Assembly (NCBI GenBank): GCA_951406725.2
Contig: OX597814.1
Coordinates: 173,662,001-173,726,000 of the forward strand
Direction of reading: 5' to 3'
Length of the DNA: 64,000 bases
Source: Octopus vulgaris
Taxonomy: Eukaryota
The translations under genes and the position numbers were made by a program. Of the stretch, positions 58,108 to 64,000 are shown piece after piece; position 1 is the first letter of the stretch; each line of letters opens with the position of its first letter. The notes beneath the pieces are model-generated. The model was not told the DNA's origin. It was given only the letters and a program-made list of their open reading frames with translations, and did not search any database.

Positions 58108-58435
58108 TTCTTTACTTGTTTCAGTCACTAAACTGCAACTATGCTGAATCAACCCCAGTACCTTTTTTTTAAAGCGAGGTATTTATTCTTTCGGTCTCTT
58201 TTGCCGAAATGCTAGGTTACGGCGATGTAAACACACCGGTTATCAAGAGGTAGTGGAGAACAAATATAGGCACAAGGGCTTCTTCCAGTTTCTGTCTACT
58301 AAATCCACTCACAAGGCTTTGGTCGGATCGAGGCTGTAGTAGAATACACTTGCCCAAGGTGTCACGCAGTGGGACAGAACCCAGTATTGTGTAGTTGGTA
58401 AGCAAACTTCTTACTGCACAGCTACACCTGTGCCT
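58108..58435 (-). mobile_element. SINE family C
   Basis: Tail TTTACTTGTTTCAGTCA, head GGGACAGAACCC...CACAGCTACACCTGTGCC. Confidence 0.85.
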
Positions 58436-58650
58436 CTTTGAAGTCAATTTCTTTAAAAACCTTTCTATACGTTCGCTCTGTCTGTTTGCATCGAATGTAT
58501 ATCCAATACTCGCCTTCCTTTACAGCTGGGTTTGTTATTCTTTGTTATGTTCGTCAGTCTTACTGTCTCTGCTAGTGCTGGTGCTGTTGATTTATTTTTG
58601 TCTTTGTTGTCACTACTGTTGTGGCTGATCATACTGTTGTACTGCTATTC

Positions 58651-58821
58651 TTGTTGTTTAGTCCCAGGTCATCTTTGATTGAACAGGCCTATGATCAAAA
58701 ACACCCTCCCCACTTTTTTACACATATGTGTCCAATGTTTCCTTTGTCAAGGCGACAAGGTGTAATTTGAGGGAAATTTGGCAATAATTTCTAACTGATT
58801 GAGCAACCGCATAGAGGCTCT
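58651..58821. repeat. Old dispersed repeat fragment
   Basis: GTTGTTTAG.CC.AGGTCA...TATGATC...TTTCT...GAGC.ACC..TAGAGGC similar to 45860-46025 and, reversed, 18706-18870. Confidence 0.55.
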
Positions 58822-60047
58822 TTCTTTGGTTCGTGTTGTTCTTGTGTTTGCTGTTTCTTTCATCCCCAATGTGAGAGGGATTTTTTGCCTTTTTTATTTT
58901 TTGGTTAGTGATACTTTATTCCTCTCCCATGCCAAAATACCAGAATTACCTAATGGGAGCTTACCACATACGCTACAGCGCTCGCTGAATTACCTATTAT
59001 CTATTGCAGAAATAAGATATGGGTTCGATGCCTTACTAAATAAAATTTCTGTCCTGAAGGATATAGTCATTAAAATTGGAGTAACATGTACTTTTCGTCA
59101 GAAGAAAGACATTAACGAGCATAAATTCCATATATCGGGGTATTTTGCTAAGAGATAAGTCAGTTCCCATTGAGCTGTCGCTTTGAATTAGTCTCCATTC
59201 TCGGTTGTACCTATTTCATTTCAATTACTTTCTATACCACCCGGTAAAAAACCCAAAAAAATATGTCTTCCCTTTATATATTTGACGCCCATTGCCTCGC
59301 CCGGAAACATCTGATGCCCGTCTATTTATTTATGTATCAAATAATTAGAACCAAATAACGATTGTTAAAGAATTTATTGATTTAATAATTGTGTAGTTAT
59401 ATTTTTAGAGCATGTGTAATTGTATTTAAGATACCATGTTGGTCTGTGTTCGCCGCTTTCTTTCTTAAACTGTAATTTTGGTTCTTTGTGTTTATACAAC
59501 ATTCCCTGCCTTTGCTAAGGTTCTCTCAGTGTCATAAATGAAGTAGTGAAACAATTTTCGTATTATCACACGATCCAGCTCGTATAGAGTTCACAAGGAG
59601 AAACTATGACGATTAATTTAGGCTTTATTCTTTATGCTTTTAAGAAAAACTATACCTCTATATAAGATCTTTTTCCCCCGTACACTTCGTTATAAAATTA
59701 GTCTTTGTTCCTTGCCATATTCACCCGTTGTATTTACAGTTCTCTTGCAGTCGTAAACTCTACATTTGTGATCATGTGTTGACATTTACAGCCGGTTCTT
59801 ATCTCACATAAAAATAACTCTTCATTTTAAATCCCATTTTTTATCGGCTGTACATACTTATCTGACTCAATGAAATTTCTCCTAGGAATGGACGCATCAT
59901 TGTTACAACTGTTTGCTATGACAGACCTTTGTCTATTTCGTAATTTTTTTTTTTTTCGTTTCATATCAACCATTTCGTGTGTTACACATTTTTTTCAACG
60001 TTTTTTGGTGCTCTTTTTATTTCTTTTTTTTTATTATTTAGATCTTG

Positions 60048-60425
60048 AAGGCGACGAAGTGCTAAAATCGTTAGCAAGCCGGACAAAATGCTTAGCAGCA
60101 ATTCGTCCGTCTTTACATTCTTAGTCAAAATTCCATCACGGTCAACTTTACCTTTCATCCTTTTGAGTCGGTAAATTAAGTACAAGTTGAGCGCTGGGGT
60201 CGATGTAATCGACTTCACCACCCCTCAAAATTGCAACGCCTTACATCAGAATGAAAACGCAACGGTTATTTAGGTTTCCAAAGCTGCGAACGGGTAGAAT
60301 CTTTAGCGATCTCGATCTTACCTTCCATCTCTTCGGGGTTGATAAAATAGGTACCAGTTGAAAACTGGGGTCGAGTAGCCTTCTCCACAAAATTCCAGGC
60401 TTTGTACCTGTAGTAGAAAGGATTA
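60048..60425 (+). mobile_element. SINE family A copy plus partial copy
   Basis: AAGGCGACGAAGTGCTAAAATCGTTAGC head; second body at 60300-60425. Confidence 0.75.
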
Positions 60426-60894
60426 TCATTATTAACGTTCATTAAAATTTTATCGCTATCAACTACTTTGAGCGTCAAACATTTTCCAAGGTGTCTTCAT
60501 ATTATTCCTATTTTCATTATTCAAGATTCCAGCAGCTTTCACAATATTTACTCGACTTTCGAATCTTTATTTCTTGACTGAAGTCACAGACATGTTTGGG
60601 TAGTTACTATGAAAATTTATTAAATAAACATAGATTCCAAAACTTTTAGATTGTAAGCTAATATCTAACAAAAGAATGCTTTTATTTCTTGGGCGCCTAT
60701 TGATAACAGACTTATAACAAACAGACCTGATAATAAAAAAAGAGGGGACAAAATCCTCCTGCTGATTATGGCACTCTTGCAGCTTTTATTTAAGTCTAAT
60801 CAGAATCAAATATATTTAGTGTGTGTGTGTTATTTTATATCAATGTTCGTTTATGATAAAAGTAAATATGAATGTATGTTATAGCTGAAAAGAA

Positions 60895-61128
60895 GGCGGC
60901 GAGCTGGCAGAAAAGTTAGCACACCGGGCGAAATGCGTAGCCGTATTTCGTCTGCCGTTACGTTCTGAGTTCAAATTCCGCCGAGGTCGACTTTGCCTTT
61001 CATCCTTTCGGGGTCGATAAATTAAGTACCAGTTACGCACTGAGGTCGATGTAATCGACTTAATCCGTGTGTCTGTCTTTGTTTGTCCTCTCCGTGTTTA
61101 TCCCCTTGTGGGTAGTAAAGAAATAGGT
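60895..61128 (+). mobile_element. Young SINE family A
   Basis: 13-bp TSD TATAGCTGAAAAG (60880-60892, 61132-61144). Confidence 0.92.
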
Positions 61129-61391
61129 ATGTATAGCTGAAAAGTAAAAAAACCTTTAGTTCGAAATCATGAGCCCCAAGTTCAATCCCACTGCGTGGCA
61201 CTTAAGATAAGTGTCTTTTATTTTGTTCGGGTCGACCCAAGCGTTGTGAATAAGGCTGGGCGGAGACAAAAATGCGTGGACTTTCGTTGGAAGAAACAGT
61301 AATTCAAGTGCCATTCCCGTCTCACATTTTGCCATCTTTGTTTACACATTGTATCAACTTAGTCATACACTGTACCGACCTTGTCACATAT

Positions 61392-61612
61392 TGGTTTCAC
61401 ATTTTGGTACAAGGCCAGCAATTTCGGGGGGGGGTAAGTCAATTACATCGACCCCAGTATTCAACTGGTACTTTGGTACTTATTTTATCGACACCGAAAG
61501 GATGTAGAGCAAAGTCGACCTCGGCGGAATTTGAAACTGAGAACGTAAAGTCGGACGAAGTGCGGCTAAGCATTTTGCCTGACGTGCAAACAATTCTGCC
61601 AGCTCACCGTCT
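61392..61612 (-). mobile_element. SINE family A
   Basis: Reverse-complement body and head ATTCTGCCAGCTCACCG. Confidence 0.85.
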
Positions 61613-61851
61613 TCGACCGTGTCGCATATTATCAGAGAATTGTAATGAATATGAGTACAAGTGTCTATGGAATACTCAGCCACTTTTACAATAACTGAGT
61701 AGTTAATTCAGTTGATCATGCACTTGAAATAAACATCGCAGAAACTAACAAAGGAGCCATTTGTTTTAACTTGTTTTAACAACGTAATTGTTCTAGTAAC
61801 AGAAACAATAGATTAAGAGTTTTAATACTTTGCAATAATCTATACATTCAA

Positions 61852-62052
61852 AGGCAGCGAGCTGGCAGAAACGTTAGCAGGCCGGCAAAATACTGGGCGT
61901 TTACGCTCTGAGTTCAAATTCCACCGAGGTCGACTTTGCCTTTCATCCTTTCGAGGTTGACAAAATAAGTGCCAGCCGAGCACTGAGGTCGTTGTAATCG
62001 ACATACCCACAAACCCCGAAACCGTTGGCTTTGTGTCAAAATTTGAAGCCAA
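61852..62052 (+). mobile_element. SINE family A
   Basis: GGCAGCGAGCTGGCAGAAACGTTAGC head. Confidence 0.85.
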
Positions 62053-62561
62053 TAATCTATACCTTCTGAGTGAGAGAGTGTCAACCAGGGATTGAAACTG
62101 TGTCACTTTTTTTACTACATTGCACAAGAATATAATTTTCGAGCATGTGCACAAGGCCACATAGTTTTAAAGAGGTGACTCATTAGAGCCTGTTCCCATA
62201 GTCTGGTATTCCCAGAAGGATTACAGATGCTAGGTCTCAGTTCCAATGACATCACTTCCTTACGAGTATGTGGCCTTGAGCTAATATAAGAAATATATAT
62301 TCATTTATACATGTACAGTAAGTAACATAGAAGATGAGTAATGCAGTTTCAGTCTTAGATTGATACTTTTCACTTCTCTTGCATCACTAATGCCATTTGA
62401 ATAGGCATGAATTAGATTTTATCATTTTTATCTCATTTTAAATAGAAAACGCCTATGCTTTGTCAAAGATAAACCATACACTTGAGCAATTTTTACACAG
62501 TGCAATCTTGTACAGTTATTCTCCAGTTTAAAACTTAAATAATATTTTTCTTTCTTCTTAT

Positions 62562-62960
62562 GGCGGCGAGCTGGCAGAAACGTTAGCACGCCGGGCGAAA
62601 TGCCTAGCGGTATTTCGTCTGCCGTTACGTTCTGAGTTCAAATTCCGCCGAGGTCGACTTCACCTTTCATCCTTTCGGGGTCGACTAAATAAGTACCAGT
62701 TACACACTGGGGTCGATATAATCGACTTAATCCGTTTATCTGTCCTTGCTTGTCCCCTTTGTGTTTAGCCCCTTGTGGATAGTAAAGAAATAGGTATTTC
62801 CTCTGAGGCTATGTTCTGAGTTCAAATTTCCCCGAGGTCGACTTTGCCTTTCATCCTATCGGAGTCCATAAATTAAGTAACAGTCGCGTAGTGGGATCGA
62901 TCTAATCGACTGGCCCCCCTCCATCAAAATTTCGGGCTTTGTATCTAGAGTAGAAAAGAA
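62562..62960 (+). mobile_element. Dimeric SINE family A
   Basis: Long-tail unit plus headless short-tail unit; one 16-bp TSD AATATTTTTCTTTCTT (62541-62556, 62959-62974). Confidence 0.9.
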
Positions 62961-63067
62961 TATTTTTCTTTCTTATAAAGATTTAGTCGCATACATGGTT
63001 GCCTTGTTAAGAAGTTCGCTTTACAGACACTTTGTTTCGGATTCAGCTTGGGTATCTTCTACTATAA

Positions 63068-63133
<66 letters not shown>

Positions 63134-63143
63134 TGTATGTATG

Positions 63144-63186
<43 letters not shown>

Positions 63187-63206
63187 TATATATATGTATG
63201 TATATA

Positions 63207-63256
<50 letters not shown>

Positions 63257-63313
63257 AAAAATGAAGTTCGAAAATGCTGCTATATTATACAATTTTTAAT
63301 TTTTATATATACA

Positions 63314-63355
63314 TTATAACATGTTTCAGTTCCTGAAATGAACCTTATCAAAAAA
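63314..63355 (-). ncRNA. Hammerhead-like motif, U3-A8 variant
   Basis: TTT-TTGATAA-GGTTC atttcag GAACT-GAAA-CATG-TT-ATA; ~60 bp from a (TA)n tract; stem I decayed. Confidence 0.5.
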
Positions 63356-63694
63356 AGTTATATATAAAAATAGATAGTTCATGCTATCAATCACAAGAAA
63401 TTCATTTATAATACACAACGGTGTCAGACATCTTAAAGTTCATATATATAGTTTGAAGTGAGTTCGTTCATGCTATATGTTTAAAGTGCATGATGCAGCG
63501 GTTCACGGTGGCGACATGCATCCAATACAAAAAACAGATCAAAGCGGCGATATGTAGTCAATACAAAAAACTGATGTTCCTGAAAGAGAGAGGAATTCAT
63601 TTTTACCTTTATCAACTGTGGTGTTCGCTGGATGATTCTGGCGAATCTTGTGAATTGTTCAGGTTTTATAATACTGGTCAGTCCAGCGTAACGT

Positions 63695-64000
63695 GACGTC
63701 ATCAACGTTTTGACCAATCGTTTCGTTAGGTGGCTTAGTCAAGCAGAACGGGACGTCATCAACATTCTGACCAATCGTGACCTATCGCTGTATTATAACT
63801 GCCTCTTGTCTGTATCCTGTTTTGAACAATCGTTTCGTTAGGTGGCTTAGTCAAGCAGAACGGGACGTCATCAACATTCTGACCAATCGTGACCTATCGC
63901 TGTATTATAACTGCCTCTTGTCTGTATCCTGTTTTGAACAATCGTTTCGTTAGGTGGCTTAGTCAAGCAGAACGGGACGTCATCAAAATTCTGACCAATC
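63695..64000. repeat. 112-bp tandem repeat running off the window edge
   Basis: TTTCGTTAGGTGGCTTAG at 63721, 63833 and 63945; copies almost identical. Confidence 0.95.

Noticed and set aside
59000-60700. Third Penelope-like ORF remnant on the minus strand
   Set aside because: Only faint peptides (YLINFHSNYP, NYTCSKNI); too decayed to support without an HMM search.
63695-64000. CRISPR-like array
   Set aside because: Whole units are identical with no variable spacers; eukaryotic context, no cas genes.

Overview
AT-rich, microsatellite-saturated metazoan non-coding DNA (intergenic or inside a large intron). No host protein-coding gene, rRNA, genuine tRNA or CRISPR array is supportable; almost all ORFs in the track are translations of simple repeats or SINEs. 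The repeat complement (three families of tRNA-derived SINEs, many microsatellites) resembles octopus/coleoid cephalopod genomes (inference from recalled repeat families, not a database search). Recognisable decayed transposons: R4/Dong-like and HERO-like RLE retrotransposons, Tx1/L1-like and CR1-like LINE 3' ends, two Penelope-like (PLE) ORF remnants, four non-autonomous Helitrons, a deleted pogo-type transposon retaining a PHD-finger ORF, and piggyBac/pogo/hAT MITEs. The main signal is a set of unrelated short inserts sitting in (TA)n tracts that carry type I hammerhead ribozyme motifs (canonical and U3-A8 / C4 core variants); several are head-to-head palindromes whose axis lies just upstream of the ribozyme core. 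Also seen: a 26-nt inverted templated insertion, two tandem duplications, a pre-miRNA-like hairpin and a 112-bp tandem array at the right edge. Coordinates were counted by hand and may be off by a few bases.
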